From: Patescibacteria group bacterium
GTDB taxonomy: Bacteria; Patescibacteriota; Patescibacteriia; PEXW01
Assembly (NCBI GenBank): GCA_041665345.1
Contig: JBAYJA010000001.1
Location: forward strand, 73,206 to 137,205
Length of the DNA: 64,000 bases
Reading direction: 5' to 3'
A model generated the notes under the pieces. That model worked only from the letters and a program-made list of their open reading frames with translations, ran no database searches and had not been told where the DNA came from. Both the position numbers and the translations under genes were made by a program. Numbering within the stretch: the stretch's first letter is position 1; the number at the start of each line of letters is the position of its first letter. Shown in pieces: positions 8,302 through 17,889 of the stretch.

Positions 8302-9300
8302 ATGTTTGAGAACATCCCATCGCCTTCGGGTTCTCCAAATCCAATTCCACCAACGCCACCCCCGCAGCCCTGGGCGCAACCCACGGGTGGGGTACCGCAA
8401 CCTGCAATGCCACCAGCACCAGTCCAGCCAATGCAGGATGGGAAAGACTGGGGACCGTTGAAGCCAATACGGAAAGTGCCCAAGCCTGGCGAAGAGCGCA
8501 TGCAGTCCACACTGGCGGTTGCAACCATGCCCCAGGTGGCGGATGTGGAAACCAAAACGAAGCTCGGTTTAATCTTAGGGCTGGTTGGCCTTGTCGTCAT
8601 CATTGGTGGTGGCACGGCAGCCTTTGTATTCTTTGGGAAGAAGACGGATGACTCGAAGCTGAACGATAACGCGAACAGCGTGGCTGTGCTGAGCAATGCC
8701 AACACGAACCGGTCAGTTTTCCCAGAGGGGAACAGCAATGTGAACCAGGCGGTGAATCAGAATGTAAATACTGCCGGAAATGTAAACACGGTAGGGAACG
8801 TCAATGCAGCGGGGAATGTGAATCAGGCTATTGTTCCAACTACTGCTGACACGGATAAGGATGGCATTTTTGATCAAGACGAGCTGTACTTGGGTACAGA
8901 CCCGGCCAAAACTGATACGGATGGCGATGGGTACTCTGACAGCAGTGAGCTACGTAAGGGGTATTCTCCTGTGAGTACTGCAGAGCTCACAGTTGCGAAC
9001 TACCACACCTACTGTACGGCGATGGTGGGTGGTGATGTCCCATTTGCTACTTGGACTAGCTCGGAAAGAGAAACGTACTGTACGAACTCGGAGACAGCGA
9101 CGAGCCGGCTCCTTCCTCAGCAAAGATCATTAGATACCGCTGCCTTCACGCAGCTGGTTGGCGACGAAATAAACACGACAAAAACTTTTTGCACGGAACT
9201 CTTCTCCCAAGTCACCAATGAGCAAGAGACAAAGGCAAAAAACTGTGTCTTTAGTCTCAGTAGTAGTTTTGCGGTTTTCTTTCAGCTCCCAGCCTCTTAA
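8302..9300 (+). CDS. Membrane-anchored protein with a Pro-rich N-terminus, one TM helix, an Asn-rich NVN linker and thrombospondin-type-3-like calcium-binding repeats.
   Basis: TM segment LGLILGLVGLVVIIGGG. Repeats NVNTAGNVNTVGNVNAAGNVN. Ca-binding motifs DTDKDGIFDQDE and DTDGDGYSD. Start chosen at MFENIPSP. Confidence 0.55.
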   Translation: MFENIPSPSGSPNPIPPTPPPQPWAQPTGGVPQPAMPPAPVQPMQDGKDWGPLKPIRKVPKPGEERMQSTLAVATMPQVADVETKTKLGLILGLVGLVVIIGGGTAAFVFFGKKTDDSKLNDNANSVAVLSNANTNRSVFPEGNSNVNQAVNQNVNTAGNVNTVGNVNAAGNVNQAIVPTTADTDKDGIFDQDELYLGTDPAKTDTDGDGYSDSSELRKGYSPVSTAELTVANYHTYCTAMVGGDVPFATWTSSERETYCTNSETATSRLLPQQRSLDTAAFTQLVGDEINTTKTFCTELFSQVTNEQETKAKNCVFSLSSSFAVFFQLPAS

Positions 9301-10124
9301 TTCTCAGCTAGTCGCAGAGTTCGCTCCAGCAGCATCGCCACGGTCACGGGCCCAACGCCGCCAGGTACGGGTGTTAGCCAGCCGGGCTGATTTGCCATAC
9401 TCGCTGCGTCCACATCGCCCACCACTTTCCCGTCTACACGGTTAAACCCCACGTCAACAATAATGACGTCTGGTTTGGTATGTTCAGCTTTGAGGAAACC
9501 AGCTTTGCCAAGGGCAATGACAATGAGGTCGGCGTCTTTTGTTGCTTGGGCAAAGTCACGGAAGGGGGGGTAGAGCAAGGTCACGTCCAAACCTGCACGG
9601 GTGAGCAGCATGGCCATGGGTTCGGCGAAGATGGGGCCATTTGCCAGCACCACCGCTTTTTTTCCGTCTAGAGGTACGCCGGGAACTTGTGCCAAAGCCA
9701 AGACACCTTCGCACAAGCCAGGAGCCAGTGCACCCGGCACATTCTGCTTGTAGCGTTCCAGGTTGGTTTTGTGAAAGCCGTCTGCGTCTTTTGCGGGATC
9801 AATGGCGGAAACCACCGTGTCAGCATTCAGCTGGTTTGGCAGCGGGAGCTGGACAATCATGCCACTGATAGCTGCGTTGGCATTGAGTGCTTGGATTTTT
9901 TGCACCACCGTTGCTTCATCCACTGTTGCGGGAAAGCGGTGTACTTCGGCATGGATGCCAACCTGTGCAGCAGCTTCTTCTTTGAGGCGAACGTAGGTGA
10001 CGGAAGCTGGGTCGTCACCAACCAAAACAATTGCTAAGCCAGGTCGGGTGCTGCTTGCGGCGCAGTGTGTCTTCACACTGCTGAGTATGCTATTAGCTAA
10101 TGCACGACCGTCAATCTTCTGCAT
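9297..10124 (-). CDS. folD: Bifunctional methylenetetrahydrofolate dehydrogenase/cyclohydrolase.
   Basis: 275 aa with GRALA and YVRLK motifs and a Rossmann-type GxG region. Confidence 0.9.
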   Translation of the reverse strand: MQKIDGRALANSILSSVKTHCAASSTRPGLAIVLVGDDPASVTYVRLKEEAAAQVGIHAEVHRFPATVDEATVVQKIQALNANAAISGMIVQLPLPNQLNADTVVSAIDPAKDADGFHKTNLERYKQNVPGALAPGLCEGVLALAQVPGVPLDGKKAVVLANGPIFAEPMAMLLTRAGLDVTLLYPPFRDFAQATKDADLIVIALGKAGFLKAEHTKPDVIIVDVGFNRVDGKVVGDVDAASMANQPGWLTPVPGGVGPVTVAMLLERTLRLAEN

Positions 10125-10126
10125 GA

Positions 10127-10169
10127 GTTACGAATTACGAATAGATACTACGAAAATACGAATTACGAA
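10127..10169 (-). repeat. Tandem heptamer array (W)TACGAA ending 2 nt before the folD start codon.
   Basis: Plus strand reads GTTACGAATTACGAATAGATACTACGAAAATACGAATTACGAA. In folD sense it reads ...TTCGTAATTCGTAACTC-ATG. Confidence 0.6.
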
Positions 10170-10353
10170 AAGGATATGTATGTAGAGAAGAGGAATTTTG
10201 ATGGAGGGGGTCGCCACCCACCCACCTTCGCCGAAGCGGCTTCGCGCAGGCAGGTATCGGTATACGGCATCGTCAATCGCGTAACGTACCGAGTACCGGA
10301 TCCGAAGCCTTACTTACGATACAGGCTGCGACACCGTCCTACGTTAGCCGAGT

Positions 10354-11652
10354 TTATTTCTTGGGGAAAGAACTTCGCTGTTCCACAATCTCCCTCTCAG
10401 CGTACCACATTTGGCGCAATTCACCGGCAAGGTAGAAGGAGCCGGTGATGAGTATGGCATCAGCCGGTGTGGCTGAACGGCGGGCTGAACGAAATGCCTG
10501 CAGGGAGGTGTGGTGCATGGAGGTTCGTTTTTTCGTTCCTAATGCTCGGAGTGCATTTGCTAATTCTCGCGGTTGGAGTGCTGGGGGATAGGGCTGACTA
10601 GATGCCGTGCAAAACCAGCCTGTCACTATGGGCAGCAGCGGCCGGAGGATACGCTGAGGTTTTTTGTGCGCGGTAATGCCAATGATGCATTTGACCTTTC
10701 GTATTCCTTGGGTGCGGAGGGCGGCTACCAGAGCCTGGGCTTTCAGCTGGTTATGACTCCCGTCAATGATGACCGGCAAGCGGTCAGGCATGCGTTCCAC
10801 TCGAGCCGGGAGACGGAGGTGGCGCAAGGTTGTCTGGATCACCTCAGGCTTGAGTTGTAAGAACTGGCAGGCAGCCTGGATGATTGCTGCATCTAGTTGG
10901 CTTGCTGGGCCCCGGAGAGTGCCAACCTGCAGTTTTGTCGAAGGACGCACCACGGTCACTTTTGCCCGCGCCTGCCTAGCCTGCTGTTGAATGATGCCCA
11001 ACAGTTTTGGTTCAGTCACGCCGGTGATTACCGTACAGCCAGGTTTGATGATTCCGGCTTTTGCGCGGGTGATAGCTTTTCGCGTCCGGCCCAGGATCCG
11101 TTCATGGTCCATGCCAATAGCAGTGATGATTGCTAGCTTCGGCGGGCGGATGATATTCGTAGGGTCATTTTTCCCGCCCGCGGCCACTTCAATGACCGCC
11201 CACTGGATTTTGCGTTTCTGGAAGATGAGTAAAGCCATGGCAAACAGCGCTTCAAAGTGTGAAGGCTGGAATTTTTTTGCAAGTGTACGAATTGCCTTCT
11301 GCACTTTCGCAAACGCCCAGAGAAAATCTTGCACCGATGTTAGTTTGGCGCCGACGGTTATACGTTCCAGGGTGGTGGTCACGTGTGGAGAGGTGAATGT
11401 GCCAACGCGTTCTCCTGCAGCGTGCAAGGCTGCGGCAATACCCGCGACCACCGTGCCTTTGCCCGCTGTCCCGGTCACGTGGACGTACCGGAACCCTCGC
11501 TCCGGATTTCCAAGCAGGTCAAGCAGTGCCTGGGTCCGCTGCAGACCCAAGGCAGGATCCACGCTTCGGGGCATAAAAACCTGCTGTGGCAAAGCCTCCA
11601 GGAATTTCTGGCTGCGTCGGTAGGCGTGAAAGTGAGCAGGGGAGAGTGCCAT
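10354..11652 (-). CDS. folC: Dihydrofolate synthase / folylpolyglutamate synthase.
   Basis: P-loop HVTGTAGKGT, TSPH, and Mur-ligase-type middle and C-terminal domains. Confidence 0.8.
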   Translation of the reverse strand: MALSPAHFHAYRRSQKFLEALPQQVFMPRSVDPALGLQRTQALLDLLGNPERGFRYVHVTGTAGKGTVVAGIAAALHAAGERVGTFTSPHVTTTLERITVGAKLTSVQDFLWAFAKVQKAIRTLAKKFQPSHFEALFAMALLIFQKRKIQWAVIEVAAGGKNDPTNIIRPPKLAIITAIGMDHERILGRTRKAITRAKAGIIKPGCTVITGVTEPKLLGIIQQQARQARAKVTVVRPSTKLQVGTLRGPASQLDAAIIQAACQFLQLKPEVIQTTLRHLRLPARVERMPDRLPVIIDGSHNQLKAQALVAALRTQGIRKVKCIIGITAHKKPQRILRPLLPIVTGWFCTASSQPYPPALQPRELANALRALGTKKRTSMHHTSLQAFRSARRSATPADAILITGSFYLAGELRQMWYAEREIVEQRSSFPKK

Positions 11653-11679
11653 AGGGTAAAGAAGAGAGCCGCTTGAAGT

Positions 11680-12438
11680 TTAATCAGAGCGGCTCTGGGA
11701 AGCAAGGTGCTTGCGAAGGAAGGCCAGGAATTCCCTGGGCGTCGAAAAGCTCAGCAGCGTGTCCGGTAGTACCACAACGGTTACTTGATGGACATTGGGC
11801 AAGAGTCTGCGAATGGCCATCACCGGGTGGACAAGGTTAGCTATAGGAATCTCCGTTACTTTTTTGGAGCCATTCCCGGCATGCATGCAGCTCGTTGGGC
11901 TGGTGGCTAGTGCCACGTGGCCAATCCCCTCGGGGAAATCCTTGTGTCGCCACGCACGTGGCCCAGACGTGAACAGTAAGTCGCCGGCCTGGGGTTCGGT
12001 CACCGCTACTCCTGCTTCAATCTGCAAATGCGTGTAGCGTTCCAAAAAAATGCCCGCATGGGCGTACACGATTTTTGTGAGGCTGGAGCAATCAAAGGCG
12101 GTAGGTGCCAAGGCAATTGCCGCACCTAAACGGCTGGGTGTATCCAGAAATGTTCTGGCTACCTGCATCAGGTCATGCGTAACCAGTCGGCAGCTGAGAT
12201 CGCCGAAGATTTTTTCCACAACCACTAGGGGTAATGGCGATGACCGACTGAGCTCCTGCAGCGCGGTTGGAATGTCCAAGGCAAGGAAGCCTAAGGTCGG
12301 ATGAACGTCGCGGAGTTGCACAGGCACTCCTTTCTGGTTGCAAGGTTCAGGGTTTATTCTGGGGCTACTGTAGCGGAGTGTAGGCGAGTCGGCAAGGATC
12401 GGGGTATGGAAGCTAGTTAGGGTTTTGAAGGAGGGCAT
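11680..12438 (-). CDS. NlpC/P60 (C40) family peptidase-like protein; the N-terminal start is uncertain.
   Basis: Catalytic Cys context FDCSSLTKIVYAHAGI, GDLLFTSG, and His context GHVALATS. Confidence 0.5.
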   Translation of the reverse strand: MPSFKTLTSFHTPILADSPTLRYSSPRINPEPCNQKGVPVQLRDVHPTLGFLALDIPTALQELSRSSPLPLVVVEKIFGDLSCRLVTHDLMQVARTFLDTPSRLGAAIALAPTAFDCSSLTKIVYAHAGIFLERYTHLQIEAGVAVTEPQAGDLLFTSGPRAWRHKDFPEGIGHVALATSPTSCMHAGNGSKKVTEIPIANLVHPVMAIRRLLPNVHQVTVVVLPDTLLSFSTPREFLAFLRKHLASQSRSD

Positions 12439-12502
12439 TTGTATACTTTTTACCTATATCCTTCCATCCAACAACCATTCTAGCGTCAAAACCTAAACCT
12501 AA

Positions 12503-13090
12503 TTAATCTAGCAACGTCTTCCACCCCTTCATCCGCACCACGTACGCGGCACGGGTGATGAAGTACGCCAGCACCGGATCTTCTACCTTACCAGTCATGG
12601 CCAGTTCCTCGGCTTTGGCTAAGGGCATTGGTACTGGCCGAATGTCTTCCCCCGGGTCACCCGGAAGTTTGGATGGTGTAAGACCAGTGGCGATGAAAGC
12701 CATTATTGGCCAGTGCTTGTGCCGCGGGGAGCGGTAGAAGAGCTTGAGCTTCTTAGCCTTGAACCCGGCTTCTTGCTGCAGTTCAAGTTGCGCAGCTTGC
12801 TTGGGTGTGTAGCCCTTGTCCACTTTGCCAACCACCAGGTGCCAGATGTGCCGCCGGGCAAGCTCTTTGTATTCCCGAGTCATTACCAGCCGGCGTTTGG
12901 CATCAAACGCTAGAACTACGGCCGTGGGGACGCGGTGTAGGTACTCAAAGGTTTTCTTCTGGCCATCCGGCAGCGTCGCAGTTGTGTGGCTGATGTTGTA
13001 GATGATTCCCTTGAAGACCATGCGGTGCTTGCCCAGGGTGGTATGTTTACGTGTCATAATTGTAGTGTACGCATTCCTTGACAGGCGCAC
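12503..13090 (-). CDS. Putative NUDIX-family hydrolase; weak match.
   Basis: Loose Nudix-box-like segment GKVDKGYTPKQAAQLELQQEAGF. Confidence 0.4.
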   Translation of the reverse strand: MRLSRNAYTTIMTRKHTTLGKHRMVFKGIIYNISHTTATLPDGQKKTFEYLHRVPTAVVLAFDAKRRLVMTREYKELARRHIWHLVVGKVDKGYTPKQAAQLELQQEAGFKAKKLKLFYRSPRHKHWPIMAFIATGLTPSKLPGDPGEDIRPVPMPLAKAEELAMTGKVEDPVLAYFITRAAYVVRMKGWKTLLD

Positions 13091-13106
13091 AACTCAGGCG
13101 TAAGGT
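13078..13106 (+). promoter_or_regulatory. Candidate promoter TTGACA-N17-TAAGGT for 13143..13520.
   Basis: Hexamers at 13078-13083 and 13101-13106. A GTG start with RBS AGAGGAGG follows. Confidence 0.35.
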
Positions 13107-13142
13107 CGAGGCAGAAAATCGTCTCTTTACAGAGGAGGAAAC

Positions 13143-13520
13143 GTGAAAACCGTAGTAATGGAGCAGCTTGACGGAAGATCGCAAACTCTGGATCTGCCTG
13201 AACTCACTGATGAGCAGCTGCATGATTTAGCCGACGCCCTGGAGATTTTGCGGGGCAATTGTTCTATGAGCCCTCGAAAGTTACAAGGCGAGCATGCTCG
13301 TATTGCCTCGTTGGTGCTTCGGGGGATGCCATTTGACCAGCTGATTGACCAACTCCATGGCCAGCCTACAGGAAGGCGAGACGTTCGGTGGGATATTATC
13401 AGAATGCCAGATCAATTCTTTTGGCGATTTATGCTTCTTGCATATGAAGTCGCTCAAGATAGTACCATTTGCTTGAAGTCCTTAGAACGCGTGGTAAAAG
13501 ACTTCGGGCTTTCATCGTAG
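13143..13520 (+). CDS. Hypothetical protein, 125 aa, GTG start.
   Basis: ORF preceded by the RBS AGAGGAGG. Confidence 0.45.
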   Translation: MKTVVMEQLDGRSQTLDLPELTDEQLHDLADALEILRGNCSMSPRKLQGEHARIASLVLRGMPFDQLIDQLHGQPTGRRDVRWDIIRMPDQFFWRFMLLAYEVAQDSTICLKSLERVVKDFGLSS

Positions 13521-13547
13521 GATGTCAAACGAATTTTGATCATTAGA

Positions 13548-13577
13548 AAGCCGTCTCTCTCGAGACGGTTTTTTTCA
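13548..13577. terminator. Bidirectional rho-independent terminator between convergent genes.
   Basis: GCCGTCTC-TCTCGA-GAGACGG followed by TTTTTTT. Confidence 0.6.
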
Positions 13578-13591
13578 TCCAAGATACCAAA

Positions 13592-14857
13592 TTAGTACAG
13601 CGGATGTGCCTGAGTCAAACTCTTCACCTGCACCCGCGCAGCATCTAAGACTGCTGTATCACCAGGATGTTTGAGGACGTTCACCATGACCTCGCCAATG
13701 ATTTTCATGTCAGCTTCGGTAAAGCCACGCGTGGTAAGCGCGGGTGTGCCCAGGCGAATTCCAGATGGGTCCAGCGGTTTGCGGGTGTCGTAGGGGATGA
13801 GGTTGGCGTTGAGGGTAATGCCAACCGTGTCCAGCAAACGCTCAGCTTCTTTGCCGGTAATGTTGTACGGTGAAACATCCGCCAGAATCAGGTGGTTGTC
13901 CGTGCCGCCGGTAATCAGTCGGAGACCAGCACTGGTAAGCGCTTCGGCTAGCACTTGGGCATTTTTTACAATCTGTTTTCCGTACTCCATGAAGCTGGGT
14001 TGGCTGGCTTCCAGTAAGGCTACGGCAATAGCCGCGGTTTGATGATTGTGTGGTCCACCTTGCAGGCCGGGGATAATGGCTGAGTCAATTTTTTGGGCTA
14101 GGTTTTTCTTTGCCTCAGGCCGGAGGCGATCCGCCACCTTAGGCACCAGGATCATTGCTCCGCGTGGACCGCGGAGGGTTTTGTGCGTGGTGGTCATGAC
14201 CACATCGGTATACGGAACAGGGGAGGGATGGACGCCAGCGACGACCAAACCGCTGATGTGGGAAATGTCCGCGACCAAGTACGCGCCCACTTCGTCGGCA
14301 ATTTTGCGAAACGCAGCAAAGTCAATAATCCGTGGATAGGCGGTGGCGCCGCACATGATGAGCTTTGGCTTCACTTCCACGGCTTTGGCGCGGATGGCAT
14401 CGTAGTCCAAGCGATGCGTTTCCGGATGGACGCCGTACCCTGCGCTGTGGAAGAATTTTCCAGAAACATTGAGCTTGTACCCATGCGTCAGGTGCCCGCC
14501 CTGCGCCAGGTCCATACCAAGAATGGTGTCCCCGGGCTCCAGCAAGGCAAAGTAAATGGCCAAGTTCGCCGGCGAACCAGAGTAAGGTTGGACATTCACG
14601 TGCTCCACGCCAAAGAGTTTCTTCGCACGTTCCCGTGCAAGTTCCTCTACTTGGTCAATGACCTGGTTGCCGCCATAGTACCTGCGGCCAGGGTAGCCCT
14701 CGCTGTACTTGTTGGTCAGGACTGAGCCCATGGCTTCCATCACTGCTTGGCTGGTGAAGTTTTCCGATGGAATCATTTCCAAACCCTCGCGTTGGCGGGC
14801 GAGTTCCTGCTGGATGAGTTCAGCAATCGCGGGGTCGGTTTGTTGGAGGGTGGACAT
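13592..14857 (-). CDS. glyA: Serine hydroxymethyltransferase.
   Basis: 421 aa with DPAIAELIQQELARQREGLEMIPSENFTS, the PLP region, and TTTHKTLRGPRG. Confidence 0.95.
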   Translation of the reverse strand: MSTLQQTDPAIAELIQQELARQREGLEMIPSENFTSQAVMEAMGSVLTNKYSEGYPGRRYYGGNQVIDQVEELARERAKKLFGVEHVNVQPYSGSPANLAIYFALLEPGDTILGMDLAQGGHLTHGYKLNVSGKFFHSAGYGVHPETHRLDYDAIRAKAVEVKPKLIMCGATAYPRIIDFAAFRKIADEVGAYLVADISHISGLVVAGVHPSPVPYTDVVMTTTHKTLRGPRGAMILVPKVADRLRPEAKKNLAQKIDSAIIPGLQGGPHNHQTAAIAVALLEASQPSFMEYGKQIVKNAQVLAEALTSAGLRLITGGTDNHLILADVSPYNITGKEAERLLDTVGITLNANLIPYDTRKPLDPSGIRLGTPALTTRGFTEADMKIIGEVMVNVLKHPGDTAVLDAARVQVKSLTQAHPLY

Positions 14858-14886
14858 ACAGGGAGTGTAGCGGGTTTATTATCGTA

Positions 14887-14914
14887 TTGACAACAGGGGA
14901 TAGTGCGCTAAGGT
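14887..14914 (+). promoter_or_regulatory. Candidate promoter TTGACA-N16-TAAGGT for 14957..15445.
   Basis: Hexamers at 14887-14892 and 14909-14914. RBS GAGGAGG precedes the ATG. Confidence 0.35.
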
Positions 14915-14956
14915 ACGGGTAAACTCGAAAACAAAAACTTATAGCAGAGGAGGAAA

Positions 14957-15445
14957 ATGTACCTTACGGAAATTCCAGAAATGCTTTTTCGTGCCTTTGG
15001 GCAGAAACCGGTGCAACGTGAGGGGAAAGCGGTGGCTCAGCTTGTACATGGGTCAGTGATCGTCCTGAGGCTGGCAGCTGAAGAAAATCAGGTCAGTGTC
15101 TATCCCAATGAGCGGCTGGCGCTGAACACAGATGACGAAGATCATCCCGATTTTACCCTCAGCGCGGTTGAACTCATGACCAAGAATTTTCATTCCAAAT
15201 TTGGTAATGAAGTGCAGACACGAATTATCCACCGACTTCGAGACAGCGAGAGTTTGCTGCGAAACCCAAACGGCGTGACGGTGTATAAGATTCTGGCGCG
15301 GGCGGCGGAACTTGCCTGTGGATCCGGCTGCCTGACCCAAGCGTGGTGGAAAGATTTTCCCAAGCAGAAGTGGGATTTTCCGGCTAGTCCATGGGAGCAA
15401 TTCTACCTTCGTTCGGCAGAGCACATTCCAACCCAAGAAAAGTAA
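14957..15445 (+). CDS. Hypothetical protein, 162 aa.
   Basis: ORF with RBS GAGGAGGAAAATG. Confidence 0.45.
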   Translation: MYLTEIPEMLFRAFGQKPVQREGKAVAQLVHGSVIVLRLAAEENQVSVYPNERLALNTDDEDHPDFTLSAVELMTKNFHSKFGNEVQTRIIHRLRDSESLLRNPNGVTVYKILARAAELACGSGCLTQAWWKDFPKQKWDFPASPWEQFYLRSAEHIPTQEK

Positions 15446-15451
15446 AACAGT

Positions 15452-15481
15452 ATCCTGGTCACAATGGCCAGGATTTTTTTT
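15452..15481. terminator. Rho-independent terminator.
   Basis: ATCCTGGTC-ACAAT-GGCCAGGAT followed by TTTTTTT. Confidence 0.55.
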
Positions 15482-15529
15482 CGAATAGAAAAACGCGCAC
15501 TCGTGGGTTACGATGGTGCGCGTTGGGGG

Positions 15530-16552
15530 TCAAGAGCGTTTTACATTGTCTGCAATGAGCTGGTTGATGTTTGCGTGTACAGCCGATCGAGCGGCAGCGA
15601 TAGCACTGAGAATTGCTTTGGGCGTGGATTTGCCGTGGGCAATAATGACGGTGCCCTGAATACCCAAGAGGGGAGCGCCGCCATACTTCTCAACGTCGAA
15701 GGTTCGTTTGAGGGCTCCGATCGTTGGTCCCAGGAAGACTCCTTTGGCGAGTAAGGCGAAGCCCTGTTGGTCGAGTCTGCCACGACGAAGAATTTTCTTT
15801 ACAATCGCATTGAGGGCTGGCAGGAAACTCTCCGCTAGTTTAAGCAAGATGTTTCCGGTAAATCCATCGGTAACCATGACATCGGCTTTGCCCCACAGAA
15901 TATCACTCCCTTCAAGATTTCCGATGAACCGATGCTCATTGTGCGTCGTCATCGCTTGCAGCAGTTCGTGGGCCTTCCGAGTAGCGTCGTTTCCTTTGGC
16001 AGGTTCTTCTCCAATGCTGATGAGCGCAATCCGAGGGGTTTTAATTCCGAGGATATGCTGGGCGTAGATACTACCCATCATCCCGAAGTCGGCAAGCTGC
16101 TGGGGCGTGCAATCAACACTGGCGCCAACATCGAGAATGACACAGGGCCCCTCCACAGTTGGCATGGTGACTGCAATGGCGGGACGCTCAATGCCAGGCA
16201 ATGGTCGGAGCGTTACTACAGCCAAAGCCATGACCGCCGCAGTATTGCCCGCACTAATGAAAGCCTGGGATTGTCCCAGGGTTTGCTGCTCGAGTCCAAG
16301 CATGATGGACGATCGGCGTTTCCGCCTGGCGCTTTCCAGTTTTTCGTCCATCGCGATAACCTCGGATGCATCGCAGATATGCAATCGAAGATTCGAATAT
16401 GTTTTACCCTTGAGGTACTCCTGAATGACTCCGCTGTCGCCAATAAGATTGATAGAGAAGTCCTGAGGCAGTTCCTGTAAGGCAAGCAGCGCGCCATCTA
16501 TTGGGACGTCAGGGAAGCTGTCGCCACCCATAGCATCAACGGTAATAATCAT
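15530..16552 (-). CDS. plsX: Phosphate acyltransferase PlsX.
   Basis: MIITVDAMGGD N-terminus with RBS AGGAG; GNLEGSD and DGFTGNILLK motifs. Start chosen at the internal Met of the longer ORF. Confidence 0.9.
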   Translation of the reverse strand: MIITVDAMGGDSFPDVPIDGALLALQELPQDFSINLIGDSGVIQEYLKGKTYSNLRLHICDASEVIAMDEKLESARRKRRSSIMLGLEQQTLGQSQAFISAGNTAAVMALAVVTLRPLPGIERPAIAVTMPTVEGPCVILDVGASVDCTPQQLADFGMMGSIYAQHILGIKTPRIALISIGEEPAKGNDATRKAHELLQAMTTHNEHRFIGNLEGSDILWGKADVMVTDGFTGNILLKLAESFLPALNAIVKKILRRGRLDQQGFALLAKGVFLGPTIGALKRTFDVEKYGGAPLLGIQGTVIIAHGKSTPKAILSAIAAARSAVHANINQLIADNVKRS

Positions 16553-16660
16553 GCGTTCTCCTATCGAACATTGTGAAACTTCAATTTTTGGAGTGTGAAA
16601 AGTAACCTCCTTTTGGTGTTGGAGGCATTTTGGCACACCTGTGCCAGGGGTCAAGCTGGC

Positions 16661-17644
16661 CTACGGCTGCAATCCAACCTGCCGCATGACTTCCTGCAGA
16701 GTTTGCTCTGCGACCTTTGCAGCCTGGGCATTGCCTTTTGCCAGGGTTGCGACCAGTTTTTTTGGTTGAGCCAAGAGGGCTGTGCGTTCCTCGCGGAAAT
16801 GCCCAAAAGTGCGGTCTAGCACGCCAGCCAGTTCGCTCTTCAAATCCGAGTAGCGGATGGTGCCCGCAGCTTCTTCACGCTTGAAGTGCTTGGTAGCAGT
16901 AGCGTCAAATTGGTCCAGGATAGTCAGGAGATTTTCCACTCCAGGGTTTGCTTCGCCGCCTTTGGTGGCTGTCACTGCTCGGGCAAGTTTCTTGGTGATC
17001 GTCTCAGGCTCATCTGACAGGTTTATGACATGCTGGTCACCCAAGGACTTGCTCATTTTTTTGGTTGGCTCCAACAAGCTCATCACTTTCGGGGTAGGCG
17101 TCAGAATTACCTTTGGCTCTGGGAAAGTTTCGCCAAACCGAGTATTGAATTTCCGTGCGAGGGTGCGGGTGAGCTCCACGTGCTGCACCTGGTCTTGGCC
17201 CACGGGCACGCCAAAGGGTTTGTACAGCAGAATGTCGGCAACCTGCAGCACTGGGTAGGTGAAGAGGCCCACGTTCACGTTTTCTTTCTGCCGAGCAGCC
17301 TTGTCCTTGTACTGGGTCATGCGCTCCAGCTCGCCCATGGGGGTGAGGGTATTGAAAATCCAAGCCAGCTGGCTATGGGCCGGAATGGCAGACTGCAGGA
17401 AGATGGTGGAGAGCTTGGGGTTTAGCCCTAGTGCCAGGAAGGTTGCGGCCACTTCCAAAATGTCTTGGGTTTTTTGCTTGGGGTCAAAATTCTCCGTGAG
17501 GGAGTGCAGGTCAGCAATGAAGAAGAAGCAGTCGTACTTGCCGCTGTCCTGTAGGTCAACGAAGTTCTTCAAAGCGCCCAGGTAATTTCCCAGGTGGAGC
17601 TTGCCAGTAGGCTGGATGCCAGAAATGATGCGCGGTTTGGACAT
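16661..17644 (-). CDS. trpS: Tryptophan--tRNA ligase.
   Basis: KPRIISGIQPTGKLHLGNYLGA (HIGH-type motif) and KMSKS. Start chosen at MSKPRI. Confidence 0.9.
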   Translation of the reverse strand: MSKPRIISGIQPTGKLHLGNYLGALKNFVDLQDSGKYDCFFFIADLHSLTENFDPKQKTQDILEVAATFLALGLNPKLSTIFLQSAIPAHSQLAWIFNTLTPMGELERMTQYKDKAARQKENVNVGLFTYPVLQVADILLYKPFGVPVGQDQVQHVELTRTLARKFNTRFGETFPEPKVILTPTPKVMSLLEPTKKMSKSLGDQHVINLSDEPETITKKLARAVTATKGGEANPGVENLLTILDQFDATATKHFKREEAAGTIRYSDLKSELAGVLDRTFGHFREERTALLAQPKKLVATLAKGNAQAAKVAEQTLQEVMRQVGLQP

Positions 17645-17663
17645 GAGGGTAGTATACCTACCT

Positions 17664-17692
17664 ATTGACATAACTGCCAACCTGTGGTAGTA
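17664..17692 (+). promoter_or_regulatory. Candidate sigma70 promoter for 17890..18552: TTGACA-N17-TAGTAT with an extended TGn.
   Basis: TTGACA at 17664-17669; TGgTAGTAT at 17684-17692, with TATAAT overlapping at 17690-17695. Confidence 0.4.
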
Positions 17693-17736
17693 TAATTTGT
17701 TTCATAGCACCTTAAAAATTACTTGCAAAACCTAGG

Positions 17737-17839
17737 TAGTCATAGCCAAAAGTGACCGAAGGTCATCCTCTGGTCCCGCTCTACAGCGGGATGAATTCCG
17801 CGATAGAGTCCATTCTCGGTATTTTCTGGCTATGACTAC
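17737..17839 (+). promoter_or_regulatory. Structured 5' leader: a 13-bp closing stem enclosing at least two internal hairpins (possibly a third, weaker one). Candidate cis-regulatory RNA.
   Basis: GTAGTCATAGCCA (17737-17749) pairs perfectly with TGGCTATGACTAC (17827-17839). Internal hairpins TGACCGAAGGTCA and TCCCGCT-CTACA-GCGGGA. Related to the leader at 409..456. Confidence 0.45.
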
Positions 17840-17889
17840 TCACAGTGAGTATTTGAGCATTTACATAAACCAAGAAGGAGGATGTCGCC

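Noticed and set aside
16553-16660. rpmF (ribosomal protein L32) upstream of plsX
   Set aside because: No small basic ORF with the L32 signature is present in the 108-bp gap. plsX has its own AGGAG RBS.
17645-17889. T-box riboswitch for trpS on the minus strand of the trpS upstream region
   Set aside because: The reverse complement was scanned for the T-box core (AANNNGGGTGGNACCGCG) and specifier or antiterminator features. None was found. The structure present is better explained as the plus-strand leader of 17890..18552.
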